In this document: piece after piece, positions 1-9,226 of the stretch | How the letters are laid out: the number at the start of each line of letters is the position of its first letter | Position numbering within the stretch: position 1 is the stretch's first letter | Assembly: GCA_021295785.1 (NCBI GenBank) | Contig: JAGWBR010000013.1 | Coordinates: 331-64,330 of the forward strand | Reading direction: 5' to 3' | Length of the DNA stretch: 64,000 nucleotides | Origin: Gemmatimonadota bacterium | Lineage (GTDB): Bacteria > Gemmatimonadota > Gemmatimonadetes > Palauibacterales > Palauibacteraceae | Notes under the pieces: generated by a model | What the model was told of the DNA's origin: nothing | What the model saw: the letters and a program-made list of their open reading frames with translations, nothing else | Databases searched by the model: none | Made by a program: the position numbers and the translations under genes

Positions 1-445
1 TCAGGCTGTCCATCTCCCCGAGTTCGGCCGGGATGGAGCCCGTGAGGGCGTTGTTGAAGAGGCTGAGCACCGTCAGGTTCTCCAGGTCGCCGAGTTCGGC
101 CGGGATCGAGCCCGTGAGGTTGTTGCCGTGGAGATGGAGCCGCGTCAGGCTGTCCAGATCCCCGAGTTCGGCCGGGATCGAGTCCGTGAGGGCGTTGTTG
201 TAGAGGTAGAGATGCCTCAGGCTCTCCAGATCCCCGAGTTCGGCCGGGATCGAGCCCGCGAGGTCGTTGCCGGCGAGATGGAGATACTCCAGACTGTCCA
301 GATCCCCGAGTTCGGCCGGGATCGAGCCCGTGAGATCGTTGCCGTGGAGCCGGAGATACTCCAGGCTCTCCAGATCCCCGAGTTCGGCCGGGATGGAGCC
401 CGTGAGGGCGTTGGCGGCGAGGTTGAGCCGAGTGACGTTTCCCTG
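1..445. repeat. Tandem 72-bp coding repeat (at least 6 units) encoding the LRR units
   Basis: The string gagttcggccggga recurs at 20, 92, 164, 236, 308 and 380, an exact 72-nt period equal to 24 codons. The units are highly similar at DNA level. Confidence 0.9.
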
Positions 446-709
446 ATCGTCCGCGGTTACACCGTACCAGTCGTCGAGCGGTTCGTCCGTCAGCCAGTTG
501 GTGTTGTTGTTCCAATTCTCCCCGCCCGTCTGCCAGTAGAGGGAATCCAACACGTCAAGCTGTCCGGTCATGGCGGCGGCCGGCCGCCGGTCTCCGGCAT
601 GACCCGGATCCAGGTCCCCGGCCGGATCCACCGGGTCGCGGCACCCGCTGCCGACCGCCAGGGCCACCAGCGCAACGACTGACAGCTTGAGGTGCTTGGG
701 GCTGGTCAT
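1..709 (-). CDS. Secreted leucine-rich-repeat protein (plant-type 24-aa LRRs); 3' end lies beyond the left edge of the window
   Basis: Reverse-strand translation from the ATG (complement of 707-709) gives MTSPKHLKLSVVALVALAVGSGC, a signal peptide followed by Cys. An LRR N-cap-like segment follows (LDSLYWQTGGENWNNNTNW...DDWYGVTADDQGNVTRLNL). Then come at least 6 consecutive units of L..L.L..N.LTGSIPAELGDL.SL. The ORF is absent from the supplied track because it stays open to the window edge. The + ORF 128..682 is its antisense shadow. Confidence 0.85.
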   Translation of the reverse strand, partial: MTSPKHLKLSVVALVALAVGSGCRDPVDPAGDLDPGHAGDRRPAAAMTGQLDVLDSLYWQTGGENWNNNTNWLTDEPLDDWYGVTADDQGNVTRLNLAANALTGSIPAELGDLESLEYLRLHGNDLTGSIPAELGDLDSLEYLHLAGNDLAGSIPAELGDLESLRHLYLYNNALTDSIPAELGDLDSLTRLHLHGNNLTGSIPAELGDLENLTVLSLFNNALTGSIPAELGEMDSL

Positions 710-1024
710 GTTGTTTTCCTTGAGTTGAGTTTAAGATGGGAGTGCAGCGGAGGGCACCCTGACGGTGCGACACCATCATAGCGGAAGCCGGCCCCCACTT
801 GCAACTGACTGCTGTGGACGGGCGCTACGCGTCCGGGGGGGCCGCTCTTCCGCACCTTCTCGATCCGGCCCCCTCCGCGGCGGGGCATTCTATTTGCTCC
901 CGACAGGGGGGTTGCTTGACTTTCCCTAATGCCCCATTTTTACGCCGGATTCCGTTTTTGAAGGGGTACGGTGGTGAACCGGCGCGGCCGGAGCCACCGG
1001 TACTGACAACCTCCGTGAGGAGAA

Positions 1025-4000
1025 ATGAAGACCATGCAAAAGGTTACCAAGCGCTTGTTTTCGCTCATGGGCGCGGCGGCAGTTCTCGCGGCGTGCGACA
1101 CCATTGAGGTGACACAGCCGGGCGAGCGGGAGGTGGAGGTGGTGGTGCAGACTGACACTACTATCATCGTTCTGCCCCCGCCCCAGGTGGACACGACCAT
1201 CATCGTCATTCCACCTCCCATCATTGACACGACGATCGTTATCGTAGAGCCGCCGCCGACGGTGGCCGCGTCGATCACGATCACCGCGCTCCGCCACTAT
1301 GCAGGGCCGAACGCCGGTGAGACGGTTGACCCGACAAACGTGTCAGGGAACATCGAGGTTGTCCTGACCCTTGACGAAGGTAATTCGGGGGTTGCTGCGA
1401 CCGGGTGGAGCCTGACCATGAACGGCAACGACCTCGGGTGTAACGACCTCTCCGCCGACCCTGGCGAGGGGGACGTGCTCGGCGCGGCCCGCGAGGCCTC
1501 CTGCCTGCTCGACACCGACAAGGTGACCGGGGCATGCTCGGCCGGCGGGATCATGGGGATCTATTTCCCCAACGGCACGCACACCCTGGGTGCTGTCCTC
1601 CGTCTGGACGACGACACCTCGGTTGAAGCGCCGAACAGCACCGACATCATGCTCAACAACCAGAACTATCTTGCGTCGTTCCAAACGACGCCGGGTGCCG
1701 GTGCAACCAATGCCGACGGCGAGACCTACTTCGGTGGTCCCTCCGAGAACACCACGTTCTCCGCTTGTGCGGTTCAGTTCGGTGGTCCGGCACCGTCTTC
1801 CATCATGCTCGCGATTGAGCAAGACGAGACCGTAACGGTTGCCGTGGCTGCCGCTGGCGGCCTGAACGCCACGGTTGATCCTGACGAAAGCTCCGGTATG
1901 GGTTCGGCCACGTTCACGTTGGTCGGCGTAATGGACCCGAACGGCAACGATCTCGATTACGACATTTCGGAAGAGCCCTACACGGCCATGTGGGACTTTG
2001 TCGGCCCCTCGCTTACCGGTGAAGCAGCGATCAAGCTGATGCGCGACGGAGAGATGTTCGACATCGCGATCGGCGACTACTTCGGAGCTGGCGCCGGCGA
2101 TTTCGCTCTCGAGGGCGACTTCACCGACGACGGCGCCGGTGTGGCCGACGGAACCAGCGCGGTGTTCAACGCGATGACCTGCGACGGTGCCACGTCGATG
2201 GAGGGCGTTTCGTCTCCGTCCGATTTCGACGATGGCTGCTACACGGTCAACCTGATGGGAATCGCCGACGCGCTTGGCAACACCAGCGATCTTGACGGTG
2301 GCGCCCAGACCGCTGAGTTCAACGTTGACAAGACCGGTCCCACGGTGATGGTTGTCGATCCGGCGGAGAACCCCGTTTTGAACTCCAACCCCGACTACGA
2401 CTACACCCACACCCTCGCGCTTACGGCATCCGATGACGGCGCTGGTCTGGACGCGGTCACGTTCATGCTGAACAGCGAAGCGGGCGACCCCGCGGACCTC
2501 ACGGTGGACGGTGGCAACGTCAGCCTGATACTGGGCGGCGACGAGGGCGAGAACATGGTTGAGGTAATGGCCACCGACAAGGCCGTGCCGACGGGCAACA
2601 TTGGCTCCGCGTCGTTCGACTACACCTTCGACGGATCGGCGCCGACCATCAGTGACGCTGAAATAGATAATAATCCCTCGAATGGCGTTCGGACGCCCTC
2701 AGGTAATTCGGTATCAGTCGCGTTTTCGGGCGCAGTGGCCGACCCCAACCTGGCTTCGGCCGTGTTAGGGTGGACCATTGATCCGTTTGACGACGACGAA
2801 GACAAGCCCACATGTAAAACCCCTGGCAAGGTGGGGGAGTTCGCCGGCAGCATGGACTTGGCGATATCGGTTGAGGAAGCTGGCTTGGAAGCTGACTTGC
2901 CGGATAATGTCAACCTGCAGCGTCCCCAGGACGATTCCGAAGCCCAGCTCAAGTACTGCTTCTACATCATCGCTGAAGATGGCGCGGGGATGTTGGACGG
3001 TTCGGCGGCACCCAACACGACCGCCGAGTATATCGACAATACGGAGGTGGACTGGTCCGGTGGTACCCTAACCATCGAGTTTGAACTGAACCAGAGCGCT
3101 GACGAAGTCACCGGTAACCTGACCATCGAAGCGACGATTGATGGTTCCGCCGCCGCCCCCGATTTTGGAGAATTCGACTTCACCCTTGACGGGGCTACCC
3201 TCTCGTCGGATGAGTGTGGCTCGAGCTCGGCCTCGGCGTGGATCGAAAAGCGCACCTGCGTGTTGAACACCGCGGCTTACGAGGCGGTCGACGGACAAGT
3301 GTTTGCCGGCCTCTACGAGAATGGCGAGCACGAGATCGGAGGTACGGCGAAAGTCGACGGGCAAGAAGTGGATGCGACACCGGTCACAGTGACCTTCGGC
3401 AACCCGAACGTGGTCGAGCTCAATGATCCCGAGGGCACCTCTGTGGATGTTGAAGGGGTGATGTGGTACGGGGCGGCTACCATTGAAGCCAAGACCATCA
3501 CCTATTCCGGTGCGGTCCCGAATCTGACCCTGACCAGTGACCAGGCCGGCGTGGTCATCACCGAGATGTCAACGGGCATGTGGTCGGTCTCCGGCAGCAC
3601 CGAAGACACGGTCGCCGCCTACGAGGGTGCGGTCAACATTGAGTTGGCTGCGGCCGACGAGGAGGGCACGGCGCTGGAGGACTACAGCGTCATGAACACC
3701 CTCAACTTCGATTTCATGGCTCCAACGGAGCCGGAGGGTACTTCGGCGATCGGGTTGCCTGACCCCGATCCCGATGTCTTCCTGCCCCTCCCCTTGTGGT
3801 TGAGCTCCGGGAACAACGGTGGTCCGTTCATAGTTATCAGACCCTACACCGACAATGGCAGCGGTGTGGCAGGCCTCACGTTTGCCTACGGTGACGGCTG
3901 CGGGTTGGTCACAGACCCGGCTGAGTGGGTCCCGGTAGGCGTGGTCACCCCGGAGAACCCGATTCCCGAGGGTGGGGTTGACCCCAGCGGTCTGGATACC

Positions 4001-6730
4001 GAGAACTGCTACCAGATGGCCGTTTTGGCCACGGATATGGTCGGAAACAGCACCATGTACAACTACCACACGGGAGGGTTCGGTGTTGACCTGACCGCGC
4101 CGGTGCTCACTGTGGATTCGACGCAGGCGACCGATCTCACGGGCGCCAACGCGTTGAACCCGCACCTCGCGTCGCTGCAGTTCGAGTTGACGCTCACGGA
4201 TCCCGAGCTTACAACGAACGAGGCCGGTGCCGGATTCGGAGCCAGCCCGGCAACGACGTCTCTCATCGGTGGTAGTGTTGACGAACTGCCCACCACGTTT
4301 GCCGATTCGACCGTCACGGTTGACGCGCTCAGCGATTCCACCTCTACGGGGATGCGCACCGCCACCGTGATGGCATACGATGAGGCCGGCAACGCCAGCA
4401 ACCCGGTTGCTATCACTTACGAGTGGGGCGCAGGCATTGTCACGGTTGAGTTGGACCAGGTCTACGACACGGCCACCCACTCGCACACCGTAACCGCCAT
4501 GGTCACCGATGGTGATGTCGTCGGTTCCGCGCAGTTAGTTAGCGGTACTTGGTTCATCGACGGCCAATCGGTTGAAGGGTGCGGGTTTGGGCAGAATGCC
4601 ACGGCTTGGACAACCACCAGCTCGTGCAGGTTCGACCTCAGCGCGGTGTTTGACTCCATCGCGGGGGAGGGTCTGCCCGTCGCACTGATCCCGAGCGACG
4701 CGAATGCTGGAGCGCTGGCCACCCAGGTCGGCTGGCACATGTGCGACGGGAGCCAGACGCTGTCGCCGATCTACGCAGCAGGAGACCGCACTATCTCGGC
4801 CACCTTTACGCTCTCCAACGGTCGGGTTGTCACCGCTGAGGAGACCGCGGCATTCCCGTTGCCCGCGAACAACAGTTTCGTGTGGGCGCACAACGGTGGC
4901 GATGGCTTGGTTCTTCCTGCTGATAGCGTGCCGTGGTACACGGGTGCCGTCAAGTTCGGGCTGTGCCCTGTGGCGTACGACTCGGAGGCTGAGAACTTCT
5001 CTCTGACCGGATTTGATTTAGCTGGTGGTTCCCTGCCCACGACGGTCGACACGAACACTACGACCGTCGACGCCGACTCAGCGGTGATTCTGGGGATTGA
5101 GGGCACCGGCAAGATTCAGATCAACTACACCACTCCGTCGGGCGCTCTCGACTCGGTTGACGGCGGGGTGATGGTTGCACCTGCCGACACAGCAATTGTG
5201 GGGTGGGATTACAGCGCCCCCAGGGGGGACAGCCAGTGGATACCCGCCGTGGATACCGACGGCGACGATGTCGTTGACATGGCCCTTGTTGCGCTAGCCT
5301 CTGATGATGCGTTGTTGTGGTTTGCAGGTACCGAGCGCGGCCGAATGGGTGCACTGGATGTGGCCAGGCTGGGTACCAGAGCCGATCGCTCACTTGATAC
5401 CACCGTGGTCACGCCGATTTTTGAGGACTCCACCGGAGTGACTATTGAGATGACCGCGTGGAGCAGCGACTACGATTCGACTCTCGGAGCCTGCCCGGAT
5501 CCGGCGTCGGATCCGTCGCCGTACGCGTCGCTCGGTACCATCATTAATCTCAGGGAACTCCTGACCGAGGTCGGGGTTGGAACCAAGTGCTTCGCTCTGC
5601 AGACTAAAGCTGCGGACGGGATCGGAAACGAGACCACACCCACTTGGGCCGGATCAGATGAGCTCACAAGTGTCGGGGCCGTTCGTATTCGCGTCGACGT
5701 GAACCAGCCTGTCTGGGACGACAACCCGGCCCGGATAGACGCGGACACAACGAGCACGGACACGACCGGCTACGTCTGGCCCGGCACGCCCGTAATCGAT
5801 ATGTCCGACACGCTCCTCGAGTTGAGTCATTCCGAGTATAATGAACCTTACCTCATGTTCTGGGAGTCCAACGACCACGAGGCGGGCCTCGGGGACGACT
5901 TCACGCCTGGAGTTGATATGGAGGTCGGTTATTACGCCGCCGACGGAGCCGCCACGGTGGCCGATAGCGGGACTTGGACGGATGGCGAGATCGCTGACAA
6001 TTTCCAGATCGCCGGCGACAGCACCGTGAGGCTTGCTCACTTCAACTTCAACCCGCTGTACATCGGTACCGGTACCGTCGACAGCACCGGCGTGTCAACT
6101 CCAGCGGGTGTGGACAGCGGAGTTGACACGGTAGCCAACGCGGCTGGACAGCAGACCATCTGGATGCGTGCTGCCGACCTCGCCGGCAACTGGTCCGACA
6201 CGGTTTCCGTCTCGTACATCCTGGATGCCGGGCCGCCGATTGTTGCCGATGTCACCACCACTCCGACTCCGTCGGACACCGTCTTCATTCTTGATGGACG
6301 CAACAGATTCACCGTTGACCTCGGCGGGACAGTGTCGGATCCGAACCTCTCCGAAGTCAGGCTCTACCTGCTTGAATTCGATGGGACGGACGACACCTTG
6401 ACCATTGACTGCGCAGAGGCGCCTTCCCATGCCAACAACGTCGATTACACAGGCTGGCCGGTCGATGAGGCAGACGGAGACGGGTCCATCTACGGAGGCT
6501 CGTGGGCCTACAACGTCAGCCACACGGTGGATGACGACGGTGTTGCCGTCCTGCCCGAGCAGGTTAGCATCATCAAACCTGCTGGCTTCCCGAGCGTCGA
6601 AGGTCGGATGGGTTACTGCTTCTTCGTGCTGGCCGACGACGGTGCCACTGCCCTGCCGGAGTTCAAGCCAATCAACCGCGGCGGTCAGGGCGGCCTCACG
6701 GAGATGTTCTGGATTGACTGGGTGCCTTAA
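1025..6730 (+). CDS. Giant (1901 aa) acidic cell-surface lipoprotein with multiple Ig-like domains (adhesin or S-layer-like)
   Basis: GAGGAG lies 5 nt upstream of the ATG. The N-terminus MKTMQKVTKRLFSLMGAAAVLAAC has a lipobox (LAAC). The protein is rich in T, D, G and V. A domain-boundary motif typical of bacterial Ig-like domains recurs (DKTGPTV, FDGSAPTI, DFMAPTE, DLTAPVL, LDAGPPI). It is one uninterrupted ORF followed by an intrinsic terminator. Confidence 0.9.
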   Translation: MKTMQKVTKRLFSLMGAAAVLAACDTIEVTQPGEREVEVVVQTDTTIIVLPPPQVDTTIIVIPPPIIDTTIVIVEPPPTVAASITITALRHYAGPNAGETVDPTNVSGNIEVVLTLDEGNSGVAATGWSLTMNGNDLGCNDLSADPGEGDVLGAAREASCLLDTDKVTGACSAGGIMGIYFPNGTHTLGAVLRLDDDTSVEAPNSTDIMLNNQNYLASFQTTPGAGATNADGETYFGGPSENTTFSACAVQFGGPAPSSIMLAIEQDETVTVAVAAAGGLNATVDPDESSGMGSATFTLVGVMDPNGNDLDYDISEEPYTAMWDFVGPSLTGEAAIKLMRDGEMFDIAIGDYFGAGAGDFALEGDFTDDGAGVADGTSAVFNAMTCDGATSMEGVSSPSDFDDGCYTVNLMGIADALGNTSDLDGGAQTAEFNVDKTGPTVMVVDPAENPVLNSNPDYDYTHTLALTASDDGAGLDAVTFMLNSEAGDPADLTVDGGNVSLILGGDEGENMVEVMATDKAVPTGNIGSASFDYTFDGSAPTISDAEIDNNPSNGVRTPSGNSVSVAFSGAVADPNLASAVLGWTIDPFDDDEDKPTCKTPGKVGEFAGSMDLAISVEEAGLEADLPDNVNLQRPQDDSEAQLKYCFYIIAEDGAGMLDGSAAPNTTAEYIDNTEVDWSGGTLTIEFELNQSADEVTGNLTIEATIDGSAAAPDFGEFDFTLDGATLSSDECGSSSASAWIEKRTCVLNTAAYEAVDGQVFAGLYENGEHEIGGTAKVDGQEVDATPVTVTFGNPNVVELNDPEGTSVDVEGVMWYGAATIEAKTITYSGAVPNLTLTSDQAGVVITEMSTGMWSVSGSTEDTVAAYEGAVNIELAAADEEGTALEDYSVMNTLNFDFMAPTEPEGTSAIGLPDPDPDVFLPLPLWLSSGNNGGPFIVIRPYTDNGSGVAGLTFAYGDGCGLVTDPAEWVPVGVVTPENPIPEGGVDPSGLDTENCYQMAVLATDMVGNSTMYNYHTGGFGVDLTAPVLTVDSTQATDLTGANALNPHLASLQFELTLTDPELTTNEAGAGFGASPATTSLIGGSVDELPTTFADSTVTVDALSDSTSTGMRTATVMAYDEAGNASNPVAITYEWGAGIVTVELDQVYDTATHSHTVTAMVTDGDVVGSAQLVSGTWFIDGQSVEGCGFGQNATAWTTTSSCRFDLSAVFDSIAGEGLPVALIPSDANAGALATQVGWHMCDGSQTLSPIYAAGDRTISATFTLSNGRVVTAEETAAFPLPANNSFVWAHNGGDGLVLPADSVPWYTGAVKFGLCPVAYDSEAENFSLTGFDLAGGSLPTTVDTNTTTVDADSAVILGIEGTGKIQINYTTPSGALDSVDGGVMVAPADTAIVGWDYSAPRGDSQWIPAVDTDGDDVVDMALVALASDDALLWFAGTERGRMGALDVARLGTRADRSLDTTVVTPIFEDSTGVTIEMTAWSSDYDSTLGACPDPASDPSPYASLGTIINLRELLTEVGVGTKCFALQTKAADGIGNETTPTWAGSDELTSVGAVRIRVDVNQPVWDDNPARIDADTTSTDTTGYVWPGTPVIDMSDTLLELSHSEYNEPYLMFWESNDHEAGLGDDFTPGVDMEVGYYAADGAATVADSGTWTDGEIADNFQIAGDSTVRLAHFNFNPLYIGTGTVDSTGVSTPAGVDSGVDTVANAAGQQTIWMRAADLAGNWSDTVSVSYILDAGPPIVADVTTTPTPSDTVFILDGRNRFTVDLGGTVSDPNLSEVRLYLLEFDGTDDTLTIDCAEAPSHANNVDYTGWPVDEADGDGSIYGGSWAYNVSHTVDDDGVAVLPEQVSIIKPAGFPSVEGRMGYCFFVLADDGATALPEFKPINRGGQGGLTEMFWIDWVP
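1154..1261 (+). repeat. 3 x 36-bp imperfect tandem repeat inside the giant gene (DTTIIVLPPPQV / DTTIIVIPPPII / DTTIVIVEPPPT)
   Basis: Units start at 1154, 1190 and 1226. They encode a Thr/Ile/Pro-rich stalk immediately after the lipidated Cys. Confidence 0.85.
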
Positions 6731-6801
6731 CAACAACCATTGAACCTCGGCAGGCGCGGTTAGCGTGCCTCTGAGCCGTGAGCTGTAGGATGTCTGGAAG
6801 G

Positions 6802-6834
6802 GCCCTCGCTTTTGAGCGGGGGCTCTTCTTTTTT
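6802..6834 (+). terminator. Rho-independent terminator of the giant surface-protein gene
   Basis: An 8-bp stem pairs gccctcgc (6802-6809) with gcgggggc (6816-6823), including one G-U pair. The loop is ttttga. The stem is followed by tcttcttttttg, a T-rich tract. Confidence 0.8.
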
Positions 6835-6839
6835 GTGCA

Positions 6840-9209
6840 GTGGCCGCGGCCGCGAGGGACTGCAAACCATCTACAGGCGCCGTGAGCAATTTGGACCGGG
6901 ACCGGATTCTTGCAGTTCTGGCGGAAGACGGAAAACGACTGCTGTCCGACCCGGCGTTTCCACGGCATCCGGCTGCCGCGTTCGAGATGCAGGGCGAGAT
7001 GATCCGCCCAAGTCACCCGAGCCCGGTTGGGTTGTCGATCGGCGGGTCCGTGTCGGGGTTTGTCTTGAACGACCGTGCCGACTTCGGAGGCGGCAGGGCC
7101 GCACCCCCCGTGGATTTCCAGGCCGGTTCCGCATGGCTGAAGTTGGTGTGGACCGGGGAGGCCGAAGTGGAGGCTGCGGGAGACTTGCTGGGCCGGTTAC
7201 CCGCCTGGCTCCGCCCTGAGGTGGCCGACGGTGCCGCGACCCGGAGCGCGGCTCTTGGCTTGGAGGACGGCCGGCGGCACCCTCCCGCCACTGAACTCGG
7301 AAATGCGGCCGTCGGGCAACTCGAATCGCTCCGCTGGGCGGTGCTGCCCGACGCGATACGCGCCCTGCGGCCCGGTGACTGGGTGGCGGTACGTAAGAGC
7401 GGCCGGCTGGGCGGGCGAATAAGTGTGCGGTGGGGTGACCTGCTGACCGTCGGTTTGGGGCGACTGGCCGACTTGGTAGCTGGTGGAGAGACGTTGAACG
7501 TGGAGGTGCGGGCCACGCTGAGCGCCGGCTTCAGCGTTCGACTGAACGACGAATACCGGCTGGCATTCGCCCGTTCCTCGGAAGGCCGCGCGGATGCTGC
7601 GCCCGCGGTGCTGGTGTCGGCCCGGAAGAGTTTTCGACGGAAGCGAACGGAGCGCATCGGAGCCGGTGTGCGTTTCCGGTTTGCCGCCGGGGATCCGCTG
7701 GGCGGCGTGCTGCGTCCGGTTGTGGAAGCCGTGTTCGAAGCACCCTGGGGGGTAGTCGATGAAATTCTCGCCGCTGCGGGGTTGGCCGACCTTACTCCCC
7801 TGCAGCGCAGGTACTTGCGGAAGATAATCCAGAGGTTGGGGATCGATCCGGTCTTGCTGGACCGCGCGGAGGCCGGATTTGATGCGATCCGGGCTCGCAT
7901 GGAGGAGGTTCGGGCGGAGATTGAGCGGCGGCTGGCCCGGGTGGCGCTGGACGCGGCCCGCCTGGCCTTCACTTTCGACTACAGCATGGTCCACCGGGGT
8001 GAGACCCTGTTTGGGGCCGAACTGGACCTGGACGCGCTGGACGGCCGGGAGGGCGCCGAGGTCACCGGGTTTGACCGGCTGCACGGGCAGTTGATGGAGG
8101 GCGACCTGACCGGTGTGCTTTCGCTGCCGCGCGCGGCCGGCGGCGTCCGGGTGACCGAGTTCCTGGGCCGCCGTGGGTGGGACCGCACCAAAACATGGGG
8201 TCTGGGGCTGGGGGTGGGGAAACGCTTTTCCGCAGGCGGAAAAAGCAAGGTCGGGCTGAGCGAGGAGATTGAAGAGGACCACCTGACGGGCCGAACCAGG
8301 TTCAGTTTCCGGGGAATGCGGTCCTATGCGGGGAATTGGGGCGGCGACGAACTTGAGTGGCGAACCACCCTGGGAGTTCGCAGTTCAACCCGGCAAGGAG
8401 CCCCGGACGGGCCGGAGGGCTGGATTCACTATCTTCATTTCATGGTTCGGCGTACTGAAACGCACGTCAGTCTGGCGGACGCCGGCCGGGTTGTGGATCT
8501 GGCCGTCGCGTGGGGCGTCATTCCCAGGCGATTGGCTCGGGCCTGGCCCCGGCGAATGACCGGGAGACTGGCCGGCGAGCGCGACGTGGACATTTCGCTG
8601 CACCTGCGTCTCTCCAACCGACCGTTTGGTGCTCTGATCCGCAAGTTGGGAGGCGTGTCGGATGCGGCGGTGGCCGAAGCCCTGGCTGAAGCCATGCCTT
8701 GGCGGGACGACCTTGCCGCGCGTCGCGACCCCCGCGCGCGCCGGAACCTTTACGCGGGGTTCTGGCTGGCGGTGCTCGGGGGCGAGTCCACCGACCCCGT
8801 GGGTCTGGCCCGGTCATTCTCGAAGGAGCTCAAGGACCGCGGGCAAACGGATTTGGCGCGATTCGAGAGGAAATCCCGGCCGTTTTGGCCGGGGTCGGCG
8901 GGAGAGCTTGCCGCCCTGAACCCTCGCTGCCGGCGGCAGTGGCAGGACCTGCGGGCCGGTGCCCGCGCCATGGCCGGAGCCGGGGGAGGCCCGAAGGAAG
9001 CGGCGGCATCGGTGAAACCCGCGTTCCGCCTGATGCGCGGCGCTTGGGAGCAGATCCATCATGTGCGGGCAATGGGGGTCTTGGTGCGCGAACTTCTGGC
9101 CGGTGACCCGGAGGTTTGGGGCAGGACCACCCGCACCCTGCGAATCGCACACGGCGCGGGCGACGAACGCGTTGTTGAGACCATCACGGCGTCGCCGGAC
9201 CAGGACTAA
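6840..9209 (+). CDS. Large hypothetical protein (up to 789 aa); no recognisable domain, no signal peptide
   Basis: This is the longest ORF in the region. Its composition is protein-like, whereas the overlapping minus-strand ORFs are Ser/Arg/Ala low-complexity. The GTG at 6840 directly abuts the terminator, so the true start may be the GTG at 6882 or the ATG at 6987 (both in frame). Confidence 0.7.
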   Translation: MAAAARDCKPSTGAVSNLDRDRILAVLAEDGKRLLSDPAFPRHPAAAFEMQGEMIRPSHPSPVGLSIGGSVSGFVLNDRADFGGGRAAPPVDFQAGSAWLKLVWTGEAEVEAAGDLLGRLPAWLRPEVADGAATRSAALGLEDGRRHPPATELGNAAVGQLESLRWAVLPDAIRALRPGDWVAVRKSGRLGGRISVRWGDLLTVGLGRLADLVAGGETLNVEVRATLSAGFSVRLNDEYRLAFARSSEGRADAAPAVLVSARKSFRRKRTERIGAGVRFRFAAGDPLGGVLRPVVEAVFEAPWGVVDEILAAAGLADLTPLQRRYLRKIIQRLGIDPVLLDRAEAGFDAIRARMEEVRAEIERRLARVALDAARLAFTFDYSMVHRGETLFGAELDLDALDGREGAEVTGFDRLHGQLMEGDLTGVLSLPRAAGGVRVTEFLGRRGWDRTKTWGLGLGVGKRFSAGGKSKVGLSEEIEEDHLTGRTRFSFRGMRSYAGNWGGDELEWRTTLGVRSSTRQGAPDGPEGWIHYLHFMVRRTETHVSLADAGRVVDLAVAWGVIPRRLARAWPRRMTGRLAGERDVDISLHLRLSNRPFGALIRKLGGVSDAAVAEALAEAMPWRDDLAARRDPRARRNLYAGFWLAVLGGESTDPVGLARSFSKELKDRGQTDLARFERKSRPFWPGSAGELAALNPRCRRQWQDLRAGARAMAGAGGGPKEAAASVKPAFRLMRGAWEQIHHVRAMGVLVRELLAGDPEVWGRTTRTLRIAHGAGDERVVETITASPDQD

Positions 9210-9226
9210 CCTGGATTCCCCAAGCG

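Noticed and set aside
1-445. Regular 72-bp periodicity that could be mistaken for a CRISPR-like array.
   Set aside because: The 'spacers' between conserved cores are themselves conserved and in frame. The whole array translates as 24-aa LRR units. There are no cas genes in the window.
128-682. Plus-strand ORF of 184 aa with a striking internal repeat (…QIPEFGRDRARE…).
   Set aside because: It is the antisense shadow of the minus-strand LRR gene. The minus-strand translation gives a textbook signal peptide plus LRR units, whereas the plus-strand product is Arg/Glu/Val low-complexity.
916-950. TTGACT hexamer upstream of the giant adhesin gene as a -35 box.
   Set aside because: No acceptable -10 hexamer lies at 16-19 nt spacing (the best is tttacg), so I do not report a promoter there.
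8197-8250. Gly-Lys-rich stretch GLGLGVGKRFSAGGKSKVG in the 789-aa orphan that superficially resembles a Walker A P-loop.
   Set aside because: Neither GLGVGKR nor SAGGKS fits [AG]-x4-G-K-[ST] when counted residue by residue. No Walker B follows.
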